Positions 13,016 to 25,071 of a DNA stretch of 64,000 nucleotides are shown here, in pieces (positions within the stretch are counted from its first letter, which is position 1; every line of letters begins with the position of its first letter). The notes under the pieces were generated by a model. It was not told where the DNA came from, made no database searches, and saw only the letters and a list, made by a program, of their open reading frames with translations. Source of the stretch: an uncultured Planctomycetaceae bacterium (GTDB taxonomy: Bacteria; Planctomycetota; Planctomycetia; Pirellulales; PALSA-1355). Location: NCBI GenBank assembly GCA_963785305.1, contig CAWAUV010000007.1:1920001-1984000 (forward strand), read 5' to 3'. Both the position numbers and the translations under genes were made by a program.

Positions 13016-16000
13016 CTAATCGTCGTTGTTCTCCTCGATTTTCAGCGGCTTGAGCATGTCCTCGAGCGCCTTGCCCATTGCCTCGGCCGCCCGCTTGATC
13101 GGATCGACCTTTTGGGGCGGCGGCTTCGGGGCCTCGGGCGGCAGCGGTTTGTCGGTGAGCTTGAGCGTGATTGTTTTCGCGGGCAGCATCAACGTGACGG
13201 TTCCTTCGTTCCGATCGCCGGTCACTTGCAAGTTGCTCACGAGCCCGATCATCGCCTTGTCGTCTTCATACACCTTGCGGCCGGTGCGCTTGTCGATCGC
13301 GAGGATCGAGGTGCGGGCCTCGTTGCCGCCGGGCGTTTCTTGATTTCGCTGCACATAGCGGGCAAACACGAGCAGCGGCAGCTCGCTGGGTTGGTGCAGC
13401 AGCAAGCCGTGTTGATCGATCTTGGCCGGACCCCAGAGCGGTTTGCCCGTCGCCCGCTCGAAGCCGTAGAGTCGACCGTTGACCAGCGGATTGTAGAGCC
13501 GGTCCTTGGGGGCCGATTGGATCATGTCGTCGTTGGCCTTCATTGGCGGACCATTGGTCATGAGCATCAGCGCGTCGGGCGAACCGATCAAGTGAATGTT
13601 CGAGAGCGAATGTTCGGCCCGGAGCTTCTCGCGGTCGAGCATCACTTGGCCATCGGCGACACGAATCAAGGTGAAGGCGCCGCTCGATTCGAGAATGCCC
13701 AGCAGCTCTTGACCCAAGATATCGCCCTTGGCGCCGAACTCGGCCTCGCGCTGCCACGCGGTGCTGTCTTTCCAGGGATCGGTGAGCTTGATCAGCCAGC
13801 GGCCATTTTGCGGGCGCCAGGTGAGCAGCATCCGGCCGATGGTCGCCATGCGATGTTCGAGCGGCGGAACTTCGCGCTTGGTGATGAACTCGCCATCGAG
13901 GCGGCGAACGATGATCGCTTCGCCGCCCTCGGCCGGCGCGGCGATCACGACCTCATCGTCGCCGAAAACTTGGCAGCCCAGCGGCAAGCCCTTGTAAACC
14001 CAAATGTCGGCGCCGGTCAGCGGATCGACACAGACCAGATCGCGAAAGCGCTGGAAGCACACGCCATCGTCGGAAGTCGGGCCGAGGGCGCCGATCAGCC
14101 GGCCGTTGGGCGTTTGGGCCACGTAGCGCACCGAGCCCCAGGGCACATTGAGCGGGCGCGGATGGACGCCCACGTTGTTATTCATGGTGGGATTGATGGT
14201 TTGCAGTTCCTCGGACCAGAGCACATGGCTGCCGCTGGATGTCTTGCCGCGCAGCGTGTCGAGGGCCACGATCTGATGGCCCATCCAGAGGAAAAGTTCG
14301 TTGCCCTCGACGGCGGCGTAGTTCATGGCCGGGTTGCTAAACACCTGATACATCGCCATGCGCGAAGCGCGGCGATTCGGGTCGTTGTCGGCCAGCGGCA
14401 CGCGGAATCGCTCGACGCCCATGCCGTCTTCGCCCACGAGCGACGACTGCTGGCGATCGAGGGCGAGGTTGATCGTGTTGAAGAATGGCCCCGTGGGGCC
14501 GCGCAGGTCCAAGTCATACGACGCTTGCACTCGGCCGCCGAGCATGCGTCCGCCAGTGATCTTGGGTTCGACCACGCCTACGGGATATGCCTTGGGTTCG
14601 GCCAAAAACGGCCGCACATTGCTATCGGCCGGCAAGGCGGCCACGATTTGAGCGCCTGTTTGGCCTTGCTCGCATACTTGCTCGGCCAGCGGGCCGGCCA
14701 ATTGGCGATAGTAGATCGCCGCCAAGTCCGGACGATGGGCTTCGCGCAGGAGCGCCGCCAACTGGGCTGTCGCCGTGCGCGCTCGCTCGGGATCGGGCGA
14801 CTTGAGTAGTCGCAGGAGAAGTTGTTCGCGGCGCAGCCAGGCGTCGGAGCCGGCGAGCTTTTCCGACAGCCGCTCGCGCACCGTATCGGCCGAAGGCAAG
14901 CTGCCAAACAGGCCCAGCAAGGTTTCGAGCGATTCTTTCGAGCCGGCCGCATCGATACGAGCAATCACGGTCGATTCGATATAGCGCCGATCATCGTCGC
15001 CGGCGAGTTTCCACAGATCGCTCAAGTTGCGGCGAATCCAGCGATCGCGACGCACCTGCAAGGATTCACCCAGCGATTCGAGTTGGCCAAGGGCGCGTTC
15101 GTCGTCGGCCACTTTGAGAAACGCGTCGAAGGCGGCGCGAATCTCGCCCGAGCCCTTGAGCCCGATCGCCCACAGCCGCAAAAACGAACCACGTTGCTCT
15201 TTCGTTTCGAGCAGATTTTCGAGGTCTTGGGCAATTTGCCGGTTCGCGGCGAAGTCGGACTCCAGGCCCGCGAGCACGCTTTCGATGAGCAGCTCGCGCG
15301 TCGCGCCGTCGGTGCGCATCGCATAGGAGCGTCGCAAGAGCGCGATTGCCTCCGAGATTTTGCCTTCGTCCAGGCGAATCTCGCCCGACTGGGCGAGCGC
15401 CGTGGGGTCTTCGGGCTTGCGGGCCAGAATCTCCTCGGTCTCGCGCTTGAGGGCGGCGAGTTGCGGATAGACCTCGATGAAATCGACATTCTGGCTGATT
15501 ACATCGCCGCGAAAGCAGATCAGATTGCCCGGCACGACACCCGACCGCGAACGGGCGCGATTCACGATCGCGCCCTTGCCCATGTCGATTTCCAGGATTT
15601 CGGCGGTCGACACCGGCAGGAAATAGGAAGAGCCGCTCATGAAACCGCGTCCGCTGGGAGTGGCCGAGCCGGGCAGTTCCAGAGGTCCCCAGAGCGGTTT
15701 GCCGTCGGAGAGTCGCAGCGCGGCCACATGGCGATGGCCCACCAGCAGCACGCGCTCTTGATTCACGCCGCCCACGTAGAGATAGCTGGCGTTCGCTCCA
15801 TCGCCACGCTCGGCTTTCCAAGCGAGACCGCCATCGACCAGATTCAGGCAGTAGAGCTTATCGCCCTCGACCGGCGTGGCGAGCACATGGCCATCGGCCA
15901 AAATCATTTCGCTATCGACCCAGCGGTCGCCGTTTTGGCGATCGGCCCCATTGCCGAACGGGTCGTTGTTGAACGCGCGAGGATTGAAGTAAATGCCTTG

Positions 16001-17870
16001 CGGATTTCTCGGGTACTGATAGCCCCAGAGCAGGCTGCGCGTGGTGAGGTCGACCGCCACGATCGCGCCGGCCGAAGTGGGGCACACCAAAATGCCATCG
16101 GCAAACGAGGGCACGGCGCCGGCCCCGCGGCGATACGGATCGATCATCACTCCGAGCTCGACCACCGCGAGTTGCTGCGACCATTCGAGCCGGCCGGTCT
16201 TGGGATTGAGCGCCAAGAGGCGAATATCTTGGCCTTTCATTTCCGCGAGCACATAGAGCTTGCCCAGAAGCGGCAAGGGAGGGCCGAGGAAAAACGCGCC
16301 GGCGAGCTGCGGCTCATCGTCGCCCGAGGCGCCGCCCACGCTCCATTTCAACTTGCCTTCGGTCTTCAGTTCGCGCGCCATCAGCCGATTGCTCGAGCGG
16401 AGACCGGAGCGCGATAGATCGCGGCCATTGGCCATGATCACGCGGCGATTATTGATCGCGATCTGAGCGGCATTGAAGCGGATTGAAAGGGGATTGGCGC
16501 CCTCGATTAGCGGCAGGTCTTCGATCGAATAGACCTGGGCTCCATCGCTCGTGATATTGCCGAAGATCGCGTCGCCCCACATGCGTTGCTCGAGACCGGC
16601 TTGCAACTGCGTGGGAGCGCCCGCCACGGCCCCGCGGCCCGAGGTGACGATCTGCTCGAACGAACGGTCGGCGCCGGAGGAATTCGCCCAGATGTATTTG
16701 CCGGTTTCGAAGTCGATGGCGACCATGTGCCGCACGGTGCGGGCCAGCACCACGTTGCCCACGGCCAGCGGTTGCAAGCTCGGGAGCGCGACATAGTCTT
16801 CGTCGCTGAACTTCTGCCGCAATTGCTTGATTGGTTCCTCGACCGAGTGATCGTCAAACGCGGTGCGCTTGTTCCACCGACGATTCAGCAGCGGTTGGCC
16901 GCCGCTCGAGGCGGCGTTGCGGGCGGCGTCGCCGCGCGAGAGGATCCACTCGTCGGCCGTCGCGTCGCGCATCGCCCGCGGTTCGACTCCGGCGCGTTCG
17001 GCCAACCACGCGAGCGCGTCGCGGGGATCGTTGAACCAGCGCACGGAGTGGTCGCCGACGCGCAATTCGGCTTGAGGCATTTGCCGCTTAAGCTGCACGA
17101 GCGTTTGCTGGGCCTTGTCTTTCGCGCCGGCGCGAACCCAAGCCGTGGCCAGCGACAGCGAGAGCAGCGGCTCGAATCGCTCGCTCGCGCCAGCGGCGCG
17201 CATCCGATCGAATAATAGCGCCGCCGCCAGCGGGCGATCGTGATCCAAATGGTCGCGGGCCACGAGCAGCGTCGCCTCTTGGCCGGCCTTCGTGTAGAAG
17301 AATACTCGAGCCACATCCGACACCGCGGCGATATCGCCCGCCGCGACCGCTTCGGTGAGCATGTGCCGGGCACGGGCGCCGAATTGCAGTTCGTAGGACT
17401 CGCGCCCCTCGGCCGGCATTTGACCGATGAGTTTTCCGGCTTCGGCTTTCAGGCTGCGATAAACCGTCTCGCTCGGGTCGGGCTTGAAGAAATAATCCTC
17501 GGGACTTTCGAGCAGCGAGCCGAGTCGTTCCGAGGCGTCGCTGTATTGATGGTTGCGAACGCTCTCGGCGGCGTGTTCGAGCTTCTGTTTGGCATGGCGA
17601 TCAGGCGGCAAGAACACGCCTTCGAGATTCTCGCTTTCGTTGGCCTCGGTCTGCTGGGCCTGAACGGCGAATTGCTGACAATGCGCCCTGGCGGCAAAGC
17701 CGAAATAGGCCGCGAATATCGCGAGCCAAAAGAAACAGAGCCGCGGGCAAAGCTGTTTCGCGCCGAGCGCTCGGGCCGCTTGCGCCGAGCCTTGGGCCTT
17801 GTTGTGCGCGGAGCGCTCGCGCCCTGTCGCGAATCAGCGCATCGAGGCGGCGTGGCGTCCGTCGCTCCAT
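13016..17870 (-). CDS. Large PQQ-binding-like beta-propeller / TPR protein
   Basis: 1533-aa ORF with recurring D/NxxTGxxxW propeller motifs and TPR-like helices. Likely start 17870 (GAGGA upstream), with a frameshift in the N-terminal region. Confidence 0.85.
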
Positions 17871-18487
17871 GACGTCTTCCTCTGGGTCGATTGGCTTTTG
17901 GGGTCGATTGGCTTTTTGTGGCGGAGTCGATCGCGTTGCAGCGTGTCGCGGGGCAAAGGTTCGCGGAGCGGAATCGAAGCGCGGTTGCAAGCGCCGGAGT
18001 GCTTCCTTGAAACGGCCCCGCTCTGGCAATGGGTGTCTCGCGGGCCGCGGAAAGTTCAGCCGAAAGTTTATCGGGGCGTCTAGAACCGCGAACCGGCGAT
18101 CGTGATATTTCGGAACATCGAGCGAAGAAGCGTCTTGCGGAGCGCGGTCGAAATCATCTCATGAGCGCTATCGTACCTCGCGGTTTGGCGTCGAGCAAGT
18201 CTTTCCATTGGTTGGAGTTAGGCATCGGCGGCCTCTCGCCATTTTCAGCGTGTTTTTCTCGAAGGAAACGAGGCGGCGCGCGGCTCGCGATCATCGAACT
18301 CCACCCCCGAACCAAGAGCGCCGAACACGTGCGCGGCCCGAAAAAATCCGCGATTTTGCCGGCAAAACCACGATTTGCGGCTTGCATTTTTGTCAGCGTC
18401 GATTTTAATCATCCCGTTCCGCTCAGTGGCGAGAACGATCGTTTGTTCCGCGAACCCCCTAATTATTTGCGAGGAGGATTGACGACC

Positions 18488-18823
18488 ATGGCGAAAGCCC
18501 CCCCGGCTGCTGCGAAGAAAGCGCCATCGAAATCCGAAGTCACCAACGCGATCGCCGAGGCCACCGGCCTCTCGAAGAAGCAAGTGTCGTCGGTGCTCGA
18601 AGCGCTCTCGGGCGAGATCAAGAAGAGCTTGGGCGCCAAGGGCCCCGGCGCCTTTGCGATTCCCGGCTTGGTGAAAATCGAAAAGAAGAAGATTCCGGCC
18701 CGACCGGCGAAGAAAGGCGTTCCCAATCCCTTCAAGCCTGGCGAGTTGATGGATGTCGCGGCGAAACCGGCCAGCACCAAGATCAAGGTGCGCCCGCTGA
18801 AGAGCTTGAAGGACATGGTCTGA
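18488..18823 (+). CDS. HU family DNA-binding protein
   Basis: KSEVTNAIAEATGLSKKQV...IPGLVKI...PARPAKKGVPNPF...KIKVRPLKSLKD. AGGAGG RBS upstream. Confidence 0.93.
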   Translation: MAKAPPAAAKKAPSKSEVTNAIAEATGLSKKQVSSVLEALSGEIKKSLGAKGPGAFAIPGLVKIEKKKIPARPAKKGVPNPFKPGELMDVAAKPASTKIKVRPLKSLKDMV

Positions 18824-19355
18824 TTCGGCGATCCCTTCGGCCGAAAACGCCGCTCGAGGCGCGCCGCTGGTCGCCAGCCGCTCGAGTAGCCGTTTACTTA
18901 GCGCGTCGTGACGCGTCGCTCGGATACTTCAATCGCTCGTGATTCCGCATTGCCGCAAGCCGCTCGGCCCGATCGTGTGGTGCCACCTGTTTCGATCGTT
19001 CGACTCCCTTGAAAAAGAGGGTCGCGGCGAGCTCGACGGAGTTGGTGTTCGAGGGGGGTGCGAACTTGATTCGCAATCACCGCTCGCACGCGCGGGACGA
19101 GCGGCTTGTTTTTCGCGCGACGATAGAGCGCGAAATCGAGCGCTCCGTCATGGCGGAAATGATACGTAACCCCGTGTGCTCGCGCGCCATGCACGCCCAG
19201 CGTGGGCACGTTTTCAAGCGCGACGCACGGTCCTCATGCCCACGCGGGACCGTGGGCATGGCGCCGCGAAACGAATCCAATTCGCCATTTCAACCATGAC
19301 ATGGCACTAGCGGGCGGGAGCATGCATTCGCGGCCGATTCGCTCCGGGGCCGGGC

Positions 19356-19958
19356 TCAGCGGCTTTTTCCGCGAGCGCCCGACGAGCGGGCTTTCTTGCT
19401 CTTGGCGATGCTTGTCGCGGGCCGTTTCTTGCCGCCGGTTGGTTTCTCGCCGCCCTGCTTGCCGCGCGATGCCTTGGCGGGCGCCTGGGCCTTCGCGGGC
19501 CCCTTGGTCCTGGCCCCGGCTGGCGATGCCTTGCCCCTCGCCGCCGCCGGCTTTGCCGCCGCCAGCTCGACCAGTTCCGAAAGTTTCTTGCGACGCAAAT
19601 CGCGAGCGAAGCGTTCGGCCGAGAGCGCCGAGATCGCGTTCACTTCGTCGATCGCCGCCGCGTGGCTCGTGCGCACCGGGCGCAGAAGCGAGGGCTCGGG
19701 CGGAGTGTCGACGGCCGCCACCACGTCGAACAGCGTGAGCTCGGCCGGCGAATGCGCGAGCCGGTAGCCGCCGCCGGGACCCGAAGTGCCCTCGAGCAGG
19801 CCCGCGTCGACCAAACGTCGCAATATTCGATATAAAAACCGCGGCGGAAAGCGGCAACCGCGGGCAATGCGCGCCGCCGTCATCGGCCCTTCATCGGAAC
19901 CGTTGGCCACTTGCAAGAGAATGCCGATCGCATAGCCGAGCGATCCTGTCAGTTTCAT
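19356..19958 (-). CDS. Rrf2 family transcriptional regulator with basic C-terminal tail
   Basis: FLYRILRRLVDAGLLEGTSGPGGGYRLA winged helix-turn-helix motif. Confidence 0.9.
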   Translation of the reverse strand: MKLTGSLGYAIGILLQVANGSDEGPMTAARIARGCRFPPRFLYRILRRLVDAGLLEGTSGPGGGYRLAHSPAELTLFDVVAAVDTPPEPSLLRPVRTSHAAAIDEVNAISALSAERFARDLRRKKLSELVELAAAKPAAARGKASPAGARTKGPAKAQAPAKASRGKQGGEKPTGGKKRPATSIAKSKKARSSGARGKSR

Positions 19959-20453
19959 ACGAGTCCTCTGTTCGATCGCGAGCGACATGAATCTCGCGAG
20001 CCGCTTTGGCCATGGCGAGTCCCAGGATTGTAGACCAACTCGCCGGATTTTCCATGAAGATATTCCGTATTCGAGAATTCGGAGGGTTTTTCTCCACGCC
20101 CCATGTCCACAATCCCAGCGAACGCCTCGCGCGACGGTTGGTATGCATTGTGCTTCTGCTAGTTACCCGCGCCGCGAGAGGGGAATCGCACGAGTTCGCT
20201 CGATTGTCTCATTTATTTCTTGCGGACTCACGACTAAAATCGCCAGCGGCTTGAGCGCGGCGATTTGTCGCAGTATAAGTGCGGGCGATAAAAAGCGCGG
20301 CGGCGCGTCTCGGGCCCGCGTGCCCAAATGCTCCAGTCAGCGCGCTGGCGGAGCGCAAACAAAATGCCCGCGCGAGGCGCATAATATCGCCGTCGGGTTG
20401 ACCGCGATTGCGTCGGCTTTGTTCGATTTCCGCAACCCTTTCCAAGGCTTTTC

Positions 20454-21758
20454 GTGAACAATCGCCATGTATTGCTCGCCCACTCGATCGCGTGTCGGAG
20501 GTTGCTCCGGATGTGTCTCGCGATCATCGGCGGTTGGCTGATCGTCGCGGCGACAAGCGAAGGGGCCCCGCCCGCGCCGGCCGACGCGACCTCGCTCAAG
20601 GGACGCGTGATGTGCGGCTATCAGGGCTGGTTTCGCTGTCCGGGCGACGCCACGAACCAAGGCTGGATCCACTGGAGCCGCGATCATTTGCGGCTGCTGC
20701 CCGAGACGCTCGCTTTTGAGATGTGGCCCGACGTGAGCGAATACAGCGCCGAGGAATTGTATCCCACGAAGGCGTTTCACTTTTCCGACGGGCGCACGGC
20801 CGCGCTTTTTAGCTCCGACAACGCGCTCACGGTCGAGCGCCATTTTGGCTGGATGCGCGACCACGGCATCGATGGGGCGTGGCTGCAACATTTTATCGTC
20901 GATCTGCCCGGCGGTCCGGTGCAGCATCGTTTCGCCAGCCGGTCGCGCGTGCTGAAGCATGTGGCGGCGGCGGCTGAAAAAACCGGCCGGGCGTGGGCAA
21001 TCTCCTACGATATCGCCGGCGCGCCGACCGACCAGATTTTCAATCTCATCGCCGCCGACTGGAAGCGGCTGGTCGCGGCGGGCGTGGTGCGGCAGGATCG
21101 TTATTTGCACCACAAGGGGCGGCCGGTCGTCCAAATCTGGGGCTTCTATGCCAACAGCGCCCAAAATGCGATGACGGCCGAAGTCGCCAATCGCTTGATC
21201 GACTTCTTCGCCGCCGACGGGCCCGACGCCGCTTTTCTCGTGGGCGGCGGCGATTGGGATTGGCGGCGAAATCCGGAGGCCGAGTGGCAAGCCTTTCATC
21301 GTCGCCTGCCGGCCTATGCGCCTTGGAATGTGGGCAATTACACAACCGACGCGCGCGGCGATCGCCATGCCGCGACCGACTCCTGGGCCGAAGACAAACG
21401 CCAGTGCGAGGAGCGCGGCGCGATGTGGATGCCGGTCGTGTATCCGGGCTTCAGTTGGGACAATCTCAAGGGGCGCCCACCCGGCTCGACGACGATCGCT
21501 CGTCGCGGCGGGGAGTTTTATTGGGAACAGTTCGTCGCGCTGGCGCGGCTGAAGCCCGACACGATCTACGTGGCGATGTTCGACGAGGTGGACGAAGGCA
21601 CCGCGATCTTCAAAGTGACGAACACGCCACCGGTCGAGGCCCGGTTCTTAACCTATGAAGGGCGCCCCGCGGATTGGTATTTGCGACTCACGGGCGAAGG
21701 CGCGCGCATGGTCTGGGGCCAGCGCCCGCTGAGTGAAACGATCCCAATCAAACCATGA
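20454..21758 (+). CDS. Glycoside hydrolase family 71/99-like protein
   Basis: VMCGYQGWF, HFGWMRDHGIDG, YPGFSWDNL, YVAMFDEVDEGT; signal peptide. Confidence 0.85.
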   Translation: MNNRHVLLAHSIACRRLLRMCLAIIGGWLIVAATSEGAPPAPADATSLKGRVMCGYQGWFRCPGDATNQGWIHWSRDHLRLLPETLAFEMWPDVSEYSAEELYPTKAFHFSDGRTAALFSSDNALTVERHFGWMRDHGIDGAWLQHFIVDLPGGPVQHRFASRSRVLKHVAAAAEKTGRAWAISYDIAGAPTDQIFNLIAADWKRLVAAGVVRQDRYLHHKGRPVVQIWGFYANSAQNAMTAEVANRLIDFFAADGPDAAFLVGGGDWDWRRNPEAEWQAFHRRLPAYAPWNVGNYTTDARGDRHAATDSWAEDKRQCEERGAMWMPVVYPGFSWDNLKGRPPGSTTIARRGGEFYWEQFVALARLKPDTIYVAMFDEVDEGTAIFKVTNTPPVEARFLTYEGRPADWYLRLTGEGARMVWGQRPLSETIPIKP

Positions 21759-21810
21759 GTGTGCTTCGCGCCAGGCGACGATTCGGCTTTCGCGTGAGCG
21801 ACATGCGTGA

Positions 21811-23197
21811 TTAGCGGCCGGTTCGGTCGAGAGACTCTGTTCCCGGCAGACGCAGTGTGACGATTTGCGTTGGTTTGTCTTGCGCTACGGCGGCGCCTCG
21901 GGCATCGAAGCCGTGGAAGCCGAAGTCATTGTCGTTGATCACCGCCAAGGTGTGGGCATCGATCATCGCGAGGCCCTCGAGCTTGTGGGGAATCTCGGGC
22001 AATGCTCCCAGATCGGCGATCAGCCGCTTGGCGAGCGGTCGAGCGCCGGCCGACGCGAGATCGGCAATCGCTTCCAGGCTGGCGTCGCCATGCGCCTCGC
22101 TAAGGGCGGCCGACAGAGCGTCGCGCCGTCCGATGTCGATCACGAAGATTTTTGCCTGGCGATCCGTGTGCTCGAGCACCAGCAACCGCGTGGCGCTCAA
22201 GGCCACGAGGCCGCCGATCTTGATCGCGTGGGCCGTGGCGCCGGGACCATGGGCTTCGGCGGGCTCGAAGCGATAGACATACTCGGCGATCACGCGTTCT
22301 TTCTGACTGTCGAACGCCAGGATCCGCGCGGCGCTCGATGCCCGGACAGCCTCGCGCTTGGCGTTGTCGAGCGCAGCTTTCCATGGCGGCGAAGAGAATT
22401 CGACCTCGCGGTTCGATCGCCAAACCCTCGAAGCCGCGGTTGATTTCACGCCGCGCATAAACAGCCGGCAGCGCCTCGACCACGGGGTAATCAGCGCCCG
22501 CCGACGCAACGCCGCCGGGCACGAAGCGTTTCCGCACATGACCGGTGGAGTCGACCTTGACGAGCGAGGGACCATATTCCTCGGCGATCCAGAAGTCGCC
22601 CTTCGCGGTGCGCACGATTCCTTCGGGGTCGAGGCCATTGGGATCGAACGCCAATCGCTGGGTTCCGTCGAAGCTGTAGCCGGCGCCATCGGCCTCGCGA
22701 TTCGGAAGGCCGGTGACCGGCTTGCCGCGAGGCGTCACGAGCGGAATCCTCTCGACGACTTGGGCTTCGTGGCCCGAGAGTTTCAGACGCACGATGAGCG
22801 GAGTGAAATCGGGCACGGGAAACACGCGCCGCTTCTCGTGGTTGACCTCGATTTCCGGATTAGGACCGCGATCGGTGATGGCCCAGAGCTCATCGGTCGG
22901 GTCGCCCGGCGCTCGCCACAGATCGCTCAAGCCGCCGAGCTTCAAATTTCGATCGTTGGCCAGCGGCGGCGCTAGCGAGTTGGGCACGATAGCCGACAGT
23001 CTCTCCGCGGCCAATTCATGGACCTGGAGCACCGCCGGCGCGTGGTCGCCGGGAGTCGGACGCTGGGGGGCGATTTGTGGCTGCGCGCGAGCGAAATCGC
23101 CGAGCGTCGTGATATTCAAGACCAGGCAAACGGCCAACAGCCGGCGGCGATACCAGGGCGAGCGACGAGATAAGGACGATTGGGCGAGGCGAGACAC
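21811..23197 (-). CDS. Esterase-like activity of phytase family protein (one apparent frameshift)
   Basis: ITDRGPN, DPEGI, AEEYGPS, NRGFEGLA, KLEGLA, INDNDFG across two overlapping frames. Confidence 0.88.
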
Positions 23198-23457
23198 AAG
23201 TCGACCTGCGAGCGGATTGCCCTTTTTTCGTGCGAAGGCATCTACTCTACCTGCCCGACTCCCGCATTCAACGCCGAACGCCCCGCCTAGCCGATTTCTA
23301 GCAATCGCCTCACACGAACTGAATAACGCGGCCCGCCGCGTGGTCGTGCGCCGAGATTAAATAGTCTCCCGAGCTTGGAGGACGCGCTTTCGAGCCCTGT
23401 TTCCAATCACAACCGGAAACGTTAGCGAGGGCGGGGAAGTTCTTTAATGCCGGCCAC

Positions 23458-23739
23458 TTATTTCAGTAGGCGGATATTTTTCTTGCTGACGATCTTTCCC
23501 AAGCAGAGTTCGTACTGGGAGGGCGTTTCCCTGATCTTCTTTAGCTCGACGATCATCTCCGGAGCAACCGCCTGATAGCCATTGCGAAACCGGATATGTG
23601 TATAGCGCTTGCCGATGAGCCGCTTTTTCCAGTATGCGGTCTTATCGCGATACTCGATCGTTTTTGTCTCTTCAAGAATTTTGCAAAACCACTCTCTACA
23701 CAAATTGAGGTAAAGCACGACCATCGAAATGTCATTCAC
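23458..23739 (-). CDS. ASCH domain protein
   Basis: L...WF.KI...KTIEYR...YWKKRL...F.NGY ASCH/PUA-like pattern. Visibly AT-richer than its neighbours. Confidence 0.8.
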   Translation of the reverse strand: MNDISMVVLYLNLCREWFCKILEETKTIEYRDKTAYWKKRLIGKRYTHIRFRNGYQAVAPEMIVELKKIRETPSQYELCLGKIVSKKNIRLLK

Positions 23740-23793
23740 CGTGCGACGTCAATCGGTCGTTGAGGTTCGCGATTCGGCCGCGGTGACTTCCGC

Positions 23794-24716
23794 TTAAGCG
23801 GCATCGGTTGGCGGGGACGATTGGCGATTGCCTTCGGCGCTGTCGCCGTGCGATGCCGCGGCGCCGTTGATTCGGTGGGCGGTGTCGGAATGCGCCGCGG
23901 CGCTCGGGTGCAAGGCGGCGCTCGGGTGCAAGGCGGCGCTCGGGTGCAAGGCGGCGCTCGAGTGCGAGGCGCTGCTATCGGCGTGCGTTTGGGCCGGGGC
24001 GCTCAGGAAGTCGAGGTACAGCCGCTCAAGCGATGTCGAATCGGAGCCGACCACGCGGCGCAGTTCGTCGGCATTGCCCAGGAACCGCAAGCGACCCCGG
24101 TCGACGATGCCCACCCGATCGGCGATCTCTTCCGCCATGCCTAATAGGTGCGTGCTCATCAGAATCGTCATGCCGGTCGAGGCGCGGCGCGCAGCAGGTC
24201 TTTGAGCAAGCGAATGCTTTGCGGGTCGAGCCCAATCATCGGCTCGTCGATCACGAGCACTTCGGGATCGTGGAGCATGGCGGCGGCGAAGGCGAGCCGC
24301 TGCTTCATGCCGTGGGAGTAGCTTTCGGTCAGATCGTTCACGAAATCGGAGAGGCGAAATTCATCGATCTGCTGCTGCATGCGGAGCGAAGCCAGCGAGG
24401 AATCGAGGCCGTACATATCGGCGATGAATTGCAGGAACTCGCGGCCAGTCAGCTTTTCATAGAGATAGGGCACATCGGGAATATAGCCCAACACCCGATT
24501 CGCCTTGCGGCAGTCGGTCACCACATCGTGGCCGCACACGCGCACCGTGCCCGAGGTGGGCCGCAACAGGCCGACGACCATTTTGATGGTCGTGGTCTTG
24601 CCGGCGCCATTGGGCCCGAGCAGTGCGAAGAGCTCGCCGCGGCGAATTTCGAGATCGAGGCCCGCGACCGCCACTTTGCTGCCGTAGCGCCGCGATACTT
24701 TTTCGAATTGGATCAT
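23794..24716 (-). CDS. ABC transporter ATP-binding protein (one apparent frameshift)
   Basis: GPNGAGKTT, YSHGMKQR, IDEP, and STH in the second frame. Confidence 0.92.
23899..23960 (-). repeat. 18-bp coding tandem repeat (SAALHP x3)
   Basis: GGCGCTCGGGTGCAAGGC is repeated. Confidence 0.85.
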
Positions 24717-25071
24717 GGCGAGAGCGTGTTTCCCCGGAAATGGCTCGGGCAAGGGGTTTCCGCGCGAGGACGGCCGCGGCGGTTTTGGCCTGCCGCTTGG
24801 CGACGAGCGGCCCTTGGGCGAATTGCCCGCCGGTTTTGGGCCGCGGCAAAGAGCGATCATCCCCCTAGAGGGCATTATGACTCGCCCCGCGACGAGCGAC
24901 TACCCCAGCGAGGGCGCTAGAAGTGTGGCACGCCCCGCGACGCCCGACCGCGCGAAGGAGGCCGGGCGGGACTTTTGAGCGGCGCCCGATTGCTCTACAA
25001 TATGGCGACGCCCGATCTCGGATCGTGGGTTTGAATCGGGTGGCTTCGGCAACATACTCCTCGCAGGCGCA

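Noticed and set aside
18894..19302. Minus-strand frames with in-frame TGA (possible readthrough or selenoprotein)
   Set aside because: No recognisable domain, redox motif or SECIS-like hairpin. At most a degenerate ORF.
23411..23431. REP-like half site AACCGGAAACGTTAGCGAGGG
   Set aside because: Single degenerate copy with no inverted partner in the window, so it cannot be supported.
24880..25070. Folate/ZTP riboswitch upstream of folD
   Set aside because: No recognisable ZTP or THF riboswitch consensus by eye; a covariance search would be needed.
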